Assembly (NCBI GenBank): GCA_048013815.1
Contig: CM106586.1
Location: 992,001 to 1,056,000 of the forward strand
Direction of reading: 5' to 3'
Origin: Setoptus koraiensis
Taxonomy: Eukaryota > Animalia > Arthropoda
DNA length: 64,000 bases
Part shown: piece after piece, positions 14,301 through 25,812 of the stretch
Layout of the letters: the number at the start of each line of letters is the position of its first letter
How positions within the stretch are numbered: the stretch's first letter is position 1
The notes under the pieces: model-generated
What the model was told of the DNA's origin: nothing
Databases searched by the model: none
The model's input: only the letters and a program-made list of their open reading frames with translations
Program-made: the position numbers and the translations under genes

Positions 14301-14906
14301 AACTACCTGATGATACTTTTGAATTGAAGTTTCAATATTTATATTGCAATACAATACAAAAGTTTTTGTGCAATGATATGTAGAAAGTCTAGCAAGTAGT
14401 GAGTTGGCCATCTCAAATTTGGCCAACTGCTTCAGCTTCAACTGTGTAATGCTGACAGTAACACCGTTGAAAATGATCGCCTAATTCAGGCTGTTCTTCC
14501 GTCAGTATTTGTTCGCGATGACGGCATCAAGCACGATCACACGAAGCAAACACAAACTTGATACAATCGGCTAGAATTTCGATCGCAATGGCAGATGCAA
14601 GAAGAACAAACAAACAACTGATACGACTGGCGAGTCGACATACTTGCAGTTAGTTGGTTGTAGTTATACCTGACCAGCTGTTGTTATACTGTGCCACAGG
14701 TAATGTAACTCTTAGAGCAGAGTGGACGGCTAGGTAAAGAGAGAGATTGCATCGTGTCTAGGGGAAGCCAAGGGGCTTGCCAATTGGAAGAGTCGTGATA
14801 ACGGTATGAAAAACAATGATTCTCATCAATGTGCATTGGGCATGATAATATTCAAATGATACCTGTTGTTATTTATAACTTTCGCTCTCTTCATAATAAG
14901 CACACA

Positions 14907-14951
14907 TCGTTTCTTATGCAGATATCCCATGGATATCTGCATAAGAAACGA
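14907..14951. repeat. Perfect 21-bp inverted repeat with 3-nt loop
   Basis: TCGTTTCTTATGCAGATATCC-CAT-GGATATCTGCATAAGAAACGA. Confidence 0.95.
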
Positions 14952-16386
14952 ATTATCTGAGGAGAAGTAAAAATGCATTCGTTGAGCAGGTTGCTTTGGT
15001 TGTTCGTCCGTTCGGATGGACGGACGGATCGACGGATCGAATCAATGATCAGTTCAAGTTACACCCACCCACCCACACAAACAAACAAACTGAGAGCTCG
15101 GTTATGCGAATGATTGTTGGCAGTGGCCAGATAGCAGCGGCATATGCAAAAATGAGATGCTGTAGTGAGTGGAATAGAGACATATCCAGATATATATATA
15201 TATATAAAATATATATATTTGGAGCATTATAATTTATTCAATAATAATAATATGCAATAATCACAACAACAACAACAGCAACAACAAATAATAATAATAA
15301 TAATAACATGCTTAGGCAATCCAGTCTAGACAATCTAGGAGCGATGATAGTAATAATTGCAATAATCAGGCAAGAATCATTCAATTGGACATCGACAAGC
15401 AGCGCCACGATAGCCAGTCGAGCAGCTCCAGCCAGTCAGTCGGTTGGCCGGCCGAACTAATCAACTCAAGCAATAGAAAACTCGTTTCCGACAGCCAGCC
15501 TAGGACAGTGTCTCTATAGTGAGAGTGTTTCAAGGTGTTGCTTATCGCTAATAACTCTAATGACTCTTGCTTATTGGCCGACTTGGCTAGCTCGCTGATT
15601 CGTTTATTAGAAATAAAGTGAGCGAGAGAGACAGACGGACAGATAGACAGAGAGTTACCGTTAATCCGTGACCATCAATTCGGTCGTCATCATCATAGTA
15701 TAATTGACCATAAATATACACAAACATCGTGCTGATCGCTGAATATTGCGCTAGCTGCGTAAAAAGTATCGCCCAGTTAAGAAAGTAGTCAACTGCTCTA
15801 GTAAATTTGATCATCAGAACAGGATAGATTTATAATAATTAATTAGCTCATTGCTGCTAGTCAATTCGTCAAATGTAGTTGTGTGAATGAGAGAGTGGTT
15901 CATCATAACATTGATGTCAGATTGCTCACTGAGAGAATAAAATGAGACTGAGAGATGATAATAATCCAACGACGACAATAATCACATCTAAACACACAAC
16001 ACACAGTCTCAGAGAACATTCCAAGATCAAAACACACATAAAACCAGTAAACTAATTATAAAAAAAAAAACTGCGCACTACCAGTTATATAATGTCATAA
16101 AAATATGAACAATTATTATCATTATTATTTATGATTGTTGCTATCCTATTACATTGAGTTTGCACTAGTATTGTTACTTCAATCTAAACTTTATATGTTA
16201 ACAAGCTGTATGGAAGCAGTTGTCAATTAGAAAGAGTTCATTAGCCCGCCTTAACTCAACAACCAAACACTACTGATATTTAGTGACTAATAGAGAAACC
16301 ATGAACTTAAACTTCGACCAACTTATACGACCACTACAAAAACTAATTTGCAATCGGTCATCGTTGTCCAATCAACTATCTAGCTA

Positions 16387-16423
<37 letters not shown>

Positions 16424-16779
16424 ACATTCGTATTTGAGCACACTCATCGGGTAGCAATTCTAACTGATTATCGCTCGCAATTTTATCCGTCACAATCATC
16501 AGGACAGCATGAACAACAGAGTGAACAACATAACTTAATTCAGACTGAACAAGTCAACAAACGTTTCGAAGAAGTATTAACAAGTGAGGAGATCCGTCGA
16601 CACTCTTATCACCTGAGAGATCAGCAGTGAACATCAATTAATTAATAAATGATATCAACGACAGCAAGCATTCACATGTCCCTCTCATTGGGTATCATCT
16701 ATCATTTGCATTGTTATTATTTATATTAAAAAAAATAATCTATTAATATTACAATACTTTTATTATTGTTGATGGTATC

Positions 16780-19339
16780 ATGGCTTCAACACGTTTTAAA
16801 TTAAATCATGACACTGTGTTACTAGTTACAGTTGCATCGTTGTTTTTATTAGTATCAGGTAAGCATTGACCGCTCTAAATAAACAATAACCAAACAAACA
16901 ATTGTTTGCATGCCTCAACTAATATCAATGTGTAATAATGCTAAATATTGACCAATGTTGTTCGACATCTATTGCACTAGTTAACGCTTTGTTGCAATCA
17001 CCTCAGTTAGGTCGATCTCAAAATTCGGCATTATTATCAAACAATCAAAATGGCTTAACATCGCCATCATCAAACAATAATAATAATAATTTGCCTGGCA
17101 GCTTGTCAACGGCCACCGGCAGACCACAACCAGCGGCTGGTAGTTTAGTGGCTAGCATTAATTGTAACAAAATTAGAGGTCATGTAACATTAACACCAAA
17201 CACAAACGGACAAGGTACAACAGTGAGCACTCAAATAACTTCCGGTCCAATGGGAGAGGTCTATCTGTGGAGCATTCATCAGTTTCCGGTGAAACCAGGG
17301 GCAGCAATGTGCTCGTGTTCGCCACTTATTTTGGGTGAGTAACTCACTTTCACTTAATCAGCGGTAATAACTATCGGGCTAATTAACGGGCAAGTGAAGA
17401 AAAAAAAATGTCACATTGAACATCACTAAATAGCAAAAATATTGTTACTAACAACCATACTATTCACATCACTGATTAATTGGTTTGTTTGGTTGCCAGG
17501 CTCAAAATTGATCGATCTGAGCGAACTACACGGAAACTTGCCCTCAGATCAGGAGTTCAATGTGCAATCTTCGATTAGTTTATTTGGGCCTGAATCACCG
17601 GTGGGCCATTCGTTGATGTTGCGGGGCCTCAAAACGGGAATGACCGCTTGTGCCACCTTCCTACCAACCAGGTAACTAACAGCTACACAATTGACGACGA
17701 TAAACGTGCTAATCATCGTTTCGTACACGCGTAACAATAAGCTAATTTTGTTTGTTTTGTTTTCCCTGTTTGTAAAACAAAATTTGTATGTCTATTGAAA
17801 TTGATGCGTAGCCGCAAATCGACACACAGGGCCAAATTTCACAGTCCATTGAGTGGTTCAGTGACAATATTTCAGACCGCCTTTGGAACGTCGTTCACAT
17901 CACATTTGATGTATTCAAACGGAACTAGACGCCATTCGCTGCATCGTTTTGATTTGGTTAAAAGTGACGACGACATTGTGACTATGACCAATTTGGCCGG
18001 CACAACAACCGGACAACAACAAAACATGTTCGCTAACAACAACAACCAACAACAGGTGGAACAGAGTGAATTTGAGCACGAATTGACGCATTGTAAGAAA
18101 TTCTTCAACGGCGAACAATTACTAAAGAATATATCATTCAATTTAGCTGTTAGCACTGAAAATTTTGGTATGCGCGGCCGAACATCAATGGTGTTACCAA
18201 ACATACCATTTGAGACATTCTCAAGCGTGTTTGTTGTTATATATTCCGAATATGATCCTGATGAGCCAATAGCTTGTGCTCCATTGAAATTTGTAAAACC
18301 AAAAACGGCCGCAGCTAAATTCAATTCGGGTAGCGTCCAAGGGACAGTTGTATTCAGTCAAGAGTCTCCATATGACGTAACATTTGCTAGAGTTAATTTG
18401 GTGCTGCCAAATAGCGATGGACATAGTTATGGGATAGATGAATTGCCGATGATCATTAGAAGAAAATCGGATCAACGCGTTTGTCCAAATATCAGAGAGA
18501 TTATTTACAATCCGCATCATGTTGAGCCGAGCTCTGTGCCGCCAGAGGGCGAGGCAACAAGCGATCAATATGCCGTTGGTGATTTAAGTGGAAAATATGG
18601 AACATTAACGGGTAAATCGTCAGAAAAGATACAAGTGGCCGATTATAATTTGCCTCTATTTGGTCCTATCAGTATTATTGGGCGCGCCATGACTATTTAC
18701 TCGGCAGATGGTGTTGCGATTGCTTGCTCAAACGTTGAATTAACAAATCAAATGACTACGGCATTTGCAACATTTGATTTTGGTATTCAGGGACAATTTA
18801 TATTCAGGCAACCTGTTGGCGATTGTCACAGTGATACCTATGTCTATATAGAAGTGAGCAAACCAGATAATCATTTGCATCATGCATCATCCAATAATGC
18901 ACAACAAACAACAAACAGCAACAACAATTTAGAGCATCTGCATACTCGTACCATAGATCACAATTGGCATGTTCATGTTAATAGCGTTGATTCTGGTTTA
19001 GATCACCTCAGTACCAGCGAATGTTCACCGGCTGGTCAACATTATAATCCTTATAATACTAGCACAACAAGTATCTATAGTAGAGATTGCACACCATTCA
19101 ATGTGTTGAGATGCGAACTTGGTGATTTAAGTGGTAAAATGTTCACTATTGACATACCACCATATAGAGTTAAGACTGGCCAAGATCCGGATATTGGTAA
19201 ATTTTTTGGTACTGACATTGATTTGCCATTGTGCGGACCAACAAGCATTGTTAACAGATCAGTTGTGGTGCATGTTCAAGATTTTGGGTCACAAAGACTG
19301 GCTTGTTCAACAATAATTGAATTCAAGCCAAGAAATTGA
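16780..19339 (+). CDS. Secreted Cu/Zn-superoxide-dismutase repeat protein (Rsod/CSRP-like); join(16780..16858,16981..17334,17500..17671,17812..19339), 710 aa
   Basis: Four exons with phase-consistent GT-AG introns (phases 1, 1, 2) give 2133 nt. Signal-peptide-like N-terminus MASTRFKLNHDTVLLVTVASLFLLVSVNA. Repeated SOD-fold motifs: DLSELHG..SLFGPESPVGHSL..AC, VGDLSGKYG..LPLFGPISIIGR..IAC, WHVH..GQHYNP..LGDLSGK..SIVNRSVVVH..RLAC. Confidence 0.88.
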
Positions 19340-19794
19340 AAACAAATATGAAAACATTTGTTTGGCATAACTGTTTTCTTCTTTCTGTACACACACCCAA
19401 TAATAAACAATTCATTACATTACATTCCAATATTATTTTGTAATTATGTACAATAACACTGTGATAGTGATAGCATTCACTTCTCCGTAAGCATAATCAG
19501 TTGAGTTGTCGTAATATTTAATCATAGACTCCATAGGAGATTAATACTTAATTAATGGATGAAATCACTTAGACTGTTCATCCGAAAGGACTAATGGCTC
19601 AATCACTCAGTTTGATGATTCCTTTTATCCCAATGAAACTTGGAAAAAAAGGTAAGTTAAATTCAGACACTCAAGCTGAGTAGGTATTCCAGTTTTTTCA
19701 GTGAATAGCTCAACCGATGAAACAACACACATTAGAAACAATAGTGGAGATCATATAAAGCTTATCTGGGCGTGTGAATTGATTTATTTACATA

Positions 19795-21502
19795 CTACTT
19801 GCAGCGTACACTGTTGCAAACAAGTGGTGAATTCGACAATAAAGTATGGGCATCGTTCTCCAACATGCGATACTTCATCTCTAGACGTGCGTTGGAAAAT
19901 TTTTCGCTTTTCACTTGTGAACTGATGGATTTGCCCACCTTGTACACAGGCTCTTTGATTATAGCTTGCCTCACCTCACTTTTCAACTTATCAATTTCAT
20001 TTCTAATTTTATCGAATCTTGCATCAGTTGAATTTCTACTCTTAAATTTCGCATACTCTTCCCCGACATCTATGGACAATTTACGCTTTAAATCTATTTC
20101 TGCCAATCTCAATTCTAAATCATAATTCTTTCTATTGACTAGATCGAAGGCCCTCTTCAAGTCCCTGATTTTATGAACAAATATTGATTCATCTGCGGCT
20201 GAGATTTGTTGGCCCATTGTAATGCCAGTGCTTCGCCCTTCGTGGCCGGGCGATGTGAGTAATGAGCTCGTGCTAGATTGCATTGAACTTTCCATGGTAC
20301 GGGAGCTCTTGTTGAGTCGATCTCTCAAAATCTTCTTCTCGTTCGCCAAATCCTCAAGATCCTCTTCTTGACGACGAAATGCCGCTTCATACTCTACCTC
20401 TTTTCCACGCATTTTCTCTATCTGTCTAGTGAGACTTGACAGCTTCGATTCAGTTTCTGCTTGATGGGCTTGTAATTTCTTTTCGGCAATATCTTTCCGT
20501 ATTTCCATTTCGCTAGATTCCTCCAATTTTTTCTTGAGTAAACGCTTCAATTCAGCAATCTCGCTCTTCTTTGAGTCTAACTGGATTTTCAGCTCATCTA
20601 ACTGAGTGGACTGGACCTTAGTTAAAGTCGATAGACTATTCATTTGTTCTTCCATTGACACCAAGTTGCGCTTATGACGTACAAGATCTGCCTCTTTTTC
20701 TGCCATCTTAGATTCTGAGAAATTAAGCTTGTACGCTACATTCTCAATTTGGTGTTTTTGTTGCTCAATGGATCTAGACTCTTGACATTGAGATTTCAAT
20801 TGTTCATTCTGTTCCTGAAGTTGCCTAATACTTTCCTTGAACATTGATATAGTTCTCTCTTGATTTACCATATCGTCTTCCATGTCCTTTCTTTTGTTAT
20901 TGACATCAGTAAATTGTACTTTGAGTCTATCGATCTCTTGCATAAGTTCTAATTCATTTTCACGAGCACTCTCCAATAATTGTTCATTCAGATCTCTAAG
21001 CTTCTCCATACAGTCTAGATCGTCGCGTAATTCTTTGATTTTGTCTTCTAGGTCGGTTTTTTGTTGTGTCAACGTCTCTAACATTTCTTGGGCATTCTGA
21101 CTAACGTCTATTTGCTCTTCAAAAATCTTTATCTGTTCCAAATACTTAATTTCTTTCTCCTCAAGGCTTGTAACTTTTTCATGAAGAAGTCCGCACTCCT
21201 CGGTAAGATCTTGTATGTTCTTTTTGTCTTGAGCTGATAAATCACGCAATTTGAGTATACCTTGAGTTAATTTCCCATTTTGTTCTTCAAGTTTCTGCAA
21301 TTGCAATACTGTGACTGTTCCTCCGAGACCGACGGCTGACTTATTGGCAGCTTCATTACGTAGCATGTCAATTTGTAAGGTGGCTTCTTTAAGATTATCT
21401 TTGACTTCTTGGAGTTCTTTTTCACAACTATCCAGTTTCTCTTCGGCAATCTCTTTGTCGAGGGTGATCATCTCAGCTGTTTCTTTTAATTCCTCTAATT
21501 CT
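19795..21502 (-). CDS. DCTN1: Dynactin subunit 1 (p150Glued), 3' portion; 5' end lost in the gap
   Basis: ETAEMITLDKEIAEEK, QLQKLEEQNGKLTQGILKLRDL and AQEMLETLTQQKTDLEDKIKELR..SARENELEL follow the conserved CC1 of p150Glued. ELKRLLKKKLEESSEMEIR..EKKL follows CC2. The frame is open up to the gap and no intron is seen. Confidence 0.88.
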
Positions 21503-22002
21503 NNNNNNNNNNNNNNNNNNNNNNNNNNNNNNNNNNNNNNNNNNNNNNNNNNNNNNNNNNNNNNNNNNNNNNNNNNNNNNNNNNNNNNNNNNNNNNNNNN
21601 NNNNNNNNNNNNNNNNNNNNNNNNNNNNNNNNNNNNNNNNNNNNNNNNNNNNNNNNNNNNNNNNNNNNNNNNNNNNNNNNNNNNNNNNNNNNNNNNNNNN
21701 NNNNNNNNNNNNNNNNNNNNNNNNNNNNNNNNNNNNNNNNNNNNNNNNNNNNNNNNNNNNNNNNNNNNNNNNNNNNNNNNNNNNNNNNNNNNNNNNNNNN
21801 NNNNNNNNNNNNNNNNNNNNNNNNNNNNNNNNNNNNNNNNNNNNNNNNNNNNNNNNNNNNNNNNNNNNNNNNNNNNNNNNNNNNNNNNNNNNNNNNNNNN
21901 NNNNNNNNNNNNNNNNNNNNNNNNNNNNNNNNNNNNNNNNNNNNNNNNNNNNNNNNNNNNNNNNNNNNNNNNNNNNNNNNNNNNNNNNNNNNNNNNNNNN
22001 NN
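21503..22002. other. Assembly gap (500 N)
   Basis: Exactly 500 N, a fixed-size scaffolding spacer. Confidence 1.
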
Positions 22003-22217
22003 TTGGTTGTTGGTTGGTTTGTTGGTTGGTTGGTTGGTTTTTTTTTTTTTTGGCGTTCATTTATTCTTTCTATCATTTACATTTATATTTCACACATTGA
22101 TAAACAAGAATCCGGATTCTTTTTGAAGCGACTTAGCCGCTATAGAATCCGACGGGTATATTCAGTGACTGCCCGCCCGCACGGGTCAGTCACTTCTCTC
22201 ATGGTAGACTATATCAA

Positions 22218-22246
22218 TTTTTAGCGCTTAATTTTAATTAAGTAGC
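22218..22246 (+). mobile_element. HINE-like element 5' terminus only, truncated by MITE-A
   Basis: TTTTTAGCGCTTAATTTTAATTAAGTAGC, the same as other 5' ends. Confidence 0.8.
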
Positions 22247-23115
22247 GGTTGTTCTAGCGATTAGGTCCCCAACCGGATCTTGATGAAACTACCGGTATAG
22301 GTCTATTCTGACCTAACTAAGACGAAAAAAGTGGTCCGGAAGCCAGGAAACTTCCGGTTCCGGTTTTACATAAAGTTAAAGCTAGAGCTCTGAAATTCAC
22401 TACAGGGACGTTTCAAGCTACGCTGAACACGATGACATAATTTTCAGCTCTGTGCGACTTCCGGTTTTCGAGATATAGAGATATTACTGGGGCTAGAATA
22501 CCGGAAGTGACCAAATTATTGCTTCGCTGCGCTCAGGGATGCACATGCGGTGTGTCTGAGAACTCGGCCTGCGGCCTCGTATTCTGGAGGCCGTCACATC
22601 TCCGTCGTCGCTACCGCGACGACTGCGTGCGACGGGAACCCTTCGGGTAGGGTTGATGAGCGCTTCGGGTATCGGGCTGCGCCCTCTACCCTCCGCTCAC
22701 ATGACTGCAATCCAAACACAGCTGCAGGCGGGAAGAGTGAACGAACCAACTAATTCGTTGATATTCAGGGTTAAAATGACCGAAACAGACATGGATACAG
22801 GGTGTTGCGCGCACGAGGCACAGGATGGGTCCGCTCATCGCGACCGCACAGGGCCCGGCCACACCCTTTTTTGCGTTAAACAGCTATATCTAGGTAACCG
22901 GAGGTGGCAGAAGATTAATTTTGATCTCATCGTGCTCCGCTAGGCGTCATCTATCCGATTATGAATTTTCAAAGCTCTGTCTCAATCTTAAGGTAACTCC
23001 GGAACCGGAAGTTTCCTGGCTTCCGGTCTACTCATTCCATGATATGGGGCCCCTACGGGACCCATGTGTGAAGTTTCATCGAAATCTGAGTGGGGACCTA
23101 ATCGCAAGAACACCC
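22247..23115 (+). mobile_element. MITE-A copy 1 (869 bp, GG...CC termini)
   Basis: Imperfect TIRs GGTTGTTCTAGCGATTAGGTCCCC / GGGGACCTAATCGCAAGAACACCC; near-identical to 48296-49164 and 59920-60788; no TSD at this copy. Confidence 0.92.
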
Positions 23116-23867
23116 TAATTGTCAAGCAAAAGCAAGAAATTGAAGACAGCAAGAAAAAAATAGAAGCTCTAGAGCTTAATCTTATGACTTGCACCGAGAA
23201 ACTTGGCACCTATGAGCAGAAGATCAGCGTTCTACAAGAAGGCCAAGCTGTAGCTCAACAGCAGCTTGATAAGCAAGCCAATATCATGAATCGGCTCGAA
23301 GAATTAGAGAGGAAATTGGTTATAGCCACTATTAAAAAAGAGACACAACGACCTCAAGAGGTATCCCAATTGATTCACGTAAACCTAAAGAAGGTGAAGG
23401 TAGAAGTCAAAGAGGAGCCAACTAGTCCACCAAGAAGCGCACCAGAACCTCCAGAGGTGCCAGACGGACCAGCAGTAGCCGCATCATGCGAGCCAGTCGA
23501 ACGACCGATCAGAATGGATGGAATACTGACCAATGTCAACAACAGAGCCTTGGGGCCCGATCATCCTACAGGTACTGATCTCTTAGAGATACAAATTTCG
23601 AGCAAAGGAAGAGAGGACATCAAGATGTCAGTCCACAGGAATACCAAGACGTCAGCCATTGGCAAAATATTCAAGGAACGACTGAACATACCTGATTATA
23701 ACTTCGATGTCCTATATATGGAGTCTGTTTCTCTCCGCACCTGTGAAACCCTATGGGCAGCCGGTCTACGACGACGGCAAACCAACTACTTGGTAGTTGT
23801 ACCTCGTGAGGTCAAGCCTGGCGAAACAATTAAAGCCAACCTGTTAGGCAAGGGGCCTCAGCAGTGA
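23116..23867 (+). CDS. 5'-truncated accessory ORF of an LTR retrotransposon (coiled coil, Pro-rich linker, ubiquitin/SUMO-like domain)
   Basis: Open frame ends 36 bp before an LTR, with a purine tract between; the first residues of the listed ORF come from MITE-A. Confidence 0.6.
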
Positions 23868-23902
23868 TTTACTCGAGGCGAGTAAAATCTGGAAGGGACG
23901 AT

Positions 23903-24148
23903 TGTGACGGTCGAATCCGCCCTGTCAAACTAACCCGCTAGGGGTCGCCCTCACGAGGGCTATATAAACCGACTCAAGTCACTGAGTCGGTATTCACTCA
24001 TGAGTCGCGTTCGCTCAGTTCATTCGCTCAATACTCACTATAATCAAGTACTCACTCACTGTACAAATATATGTATAATAAAGAAGCCGTGGCCTATCAA
24101 AAAGTAAACGCCCCCAGAATAGCCTACCAGACCGATACGATCGTTACA
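23903..24148 (+). mobile_element. 3' LTR (246 bp)
   Basis: Starts TGTGACGGTCG and ends CGATCGTTACA (imperfect IR, TG...CA); preceded by purine tract GGAAGGGA; contains TATATAAA and AATAAA. Confidence 0.8.
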
Positions 24149-25812
24149 ATGCACAAACCAAAAAGTGGGTGTTCCCACTACCCAACCAAGAGGAGATAAT
24201 GGAGGCGGGTAGTGGGGCACAGTTCTTCACGACACTCGACCTCAACTCAGGTTACTGGCAGATGGAGCTTGAGGAAGGGTCGAGACAGTATACAGCCTTC
24301 CAGACATGGGATAACCAATACGAATTTTTGAGGTTACCCTTTGGCCTATCGAATGCGGCCGCGTCTTTCAGCAAGATGATGGCGGCTGTAATGGCAGGAC
24401 TGGTAGGGAACGTCGTCCACGTGTACCTGGACGATCTTATAATAATGTCTAAATCATGGGATCAACACATAAAGAGTTTGACACAGGTCTTAAGCAGAAT
24501 AGAAGACGCTAATCTTACAATCAAGATAACCAAATGCACCTTTGCCAAAGAAGAAGCAGAAATCCTGGGTCACCTCCTAAGCAAGGAGGGAATTAGACCC
24601 CAACCAAGTAAAATCGCAGCCATAGAAGGATTAAGGCCACCACAAAACCTGAAAGAATTAAGACAATTCTTAGGATTCACGGGCTATTATCGAAAGTTCG
24701 TGCCCGCGTTTGCAGCGATATCAGGACCGTTAGCGGACTTGACCAAGAAGACAGCTGCATTCCGGTGGGGAGAAGAAGAGAATAACAGTTTTAATCGGCT
24801 TAAAGAAGCGGTGCTGAAAAGCAAGGCGATTGCCTACTTCAGGCAATACGGAGACGTTCTACTGGAGACAGATGCATCGAGAAAGGGGTTCGCCGGCATA
24901 CTCATGCAGATGCAAGACGGCGAGTGGCGGATCGCAGCGACGACAAGCAGGCGTCTGTCTCAGGGCGAATCGAATTTCAGCGTTACAGAGCTAGAAGGTG
25001 GCGCATTAGTCTACGCTTTACAAAAGTTTAAACCCTTTGTTTATGGCAGGCAGGTAGAGATAATCGTAGACCATTGTGCGCTGTGTTCTTTGGCCAGAGA
25101 TAAGCCGCTTGGCGGCAGACTGGCCAGGTGGGCCATAGCGCTTTCAGAGTTCAACCTTAAAATAACGTACCGATCGGGGCAGCTACATACGGACGTAGAT
25201 TGCCTTTCGAGACAACCTGTCGCCGACAAGGATGATAACCTCGATGAAAAAAGGTTTATATTCGCCTTAATCCCTTTAGTAGACTTTAGAAGCGGTTATG
25301 AGGACGATCAAGAGTGCGGTGAAGCACTAGATAGCATAGAAGGGGGGTTAGGAGACTTTAAGATGACAAACGGTTTCATATACAAGGGGACAAAACTTTT
25401 GGTCCCAGCAGAGTTCCGCAGAGAGATAGTAGAAAATGCTCACGCACAAGGTCACCCGGGCGAGAAGTAGACAACAGCGATAATACAACAGAAATACTTC
25501 TGGAAGAACCTAACAACAGACGTGCAACAACAGGTGAAGCAGTGTCAGGTGTGCCAGTTACACAAGATCCCAAGGGAGAAGCCGTCGGGGCTCATGAATT
25601 CATTTACACCTCACAAGCCTTGGGAGATGATTTGTCTGGACCATCTTGGTCCTTTCGACGAAACGCAGCAAGGGAATCGACACGTGCTGGTAGCCGTGGA
25701 TGCCTTTTCAAAATTTGTTATCGCAGGACCAACGAATTCAACATCGGCCAACGAGATAGCAAATTTTCTGACCGACAGGATTATAGCGGTACATGGAGTA
25801 CCAGCCATGATA
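24149..25812 (+). pseudogene. Ty3/gypsy pol fragment (RT, RNase H, integrase N-half) with in-frame TAG at 25468
   Basis: FTTLDLNSGYWQ, LPFGL, VYLDD, ETDAS, TDHC-like VDHCAL, GHPG..YFW..C..CQ, LDHLGP; truncated by a HINE 5' end. Confidence 0.95.

Noticed and set aside
9500-16500. Short ORFs (60-135 aa) in the intergenic region and Nkx6 intron
   Set aside because: They have no motifs, many are driven by microsatellites and no consistent splice chain is evident.
22003-22038. Telomeric repeat next to the gap
   Set aside because: It is a short degenerate (TTGG)n tract, not the arthropod TTAGG repeat.
21311-22126. ORFs spanning N gaps (also 38570-39193)
   Set aside because: They are artefacts of translating N runs.
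22640-22700. Hammerhead ribozyme in the 160-bp core (TTGATGAG)
   Set aside because: It lacks the CUGAUGA and GAAA catalytic boxes in the required arrangement; other ribozyme classes cannot be excluded by eye.
22550-22943. Recurrent ORFs in MITE-A (also at 48599 and 60223) and MITE-C
   Set aside because: They are short, have no domain motifs and recur only because the non-coding element is repeated.
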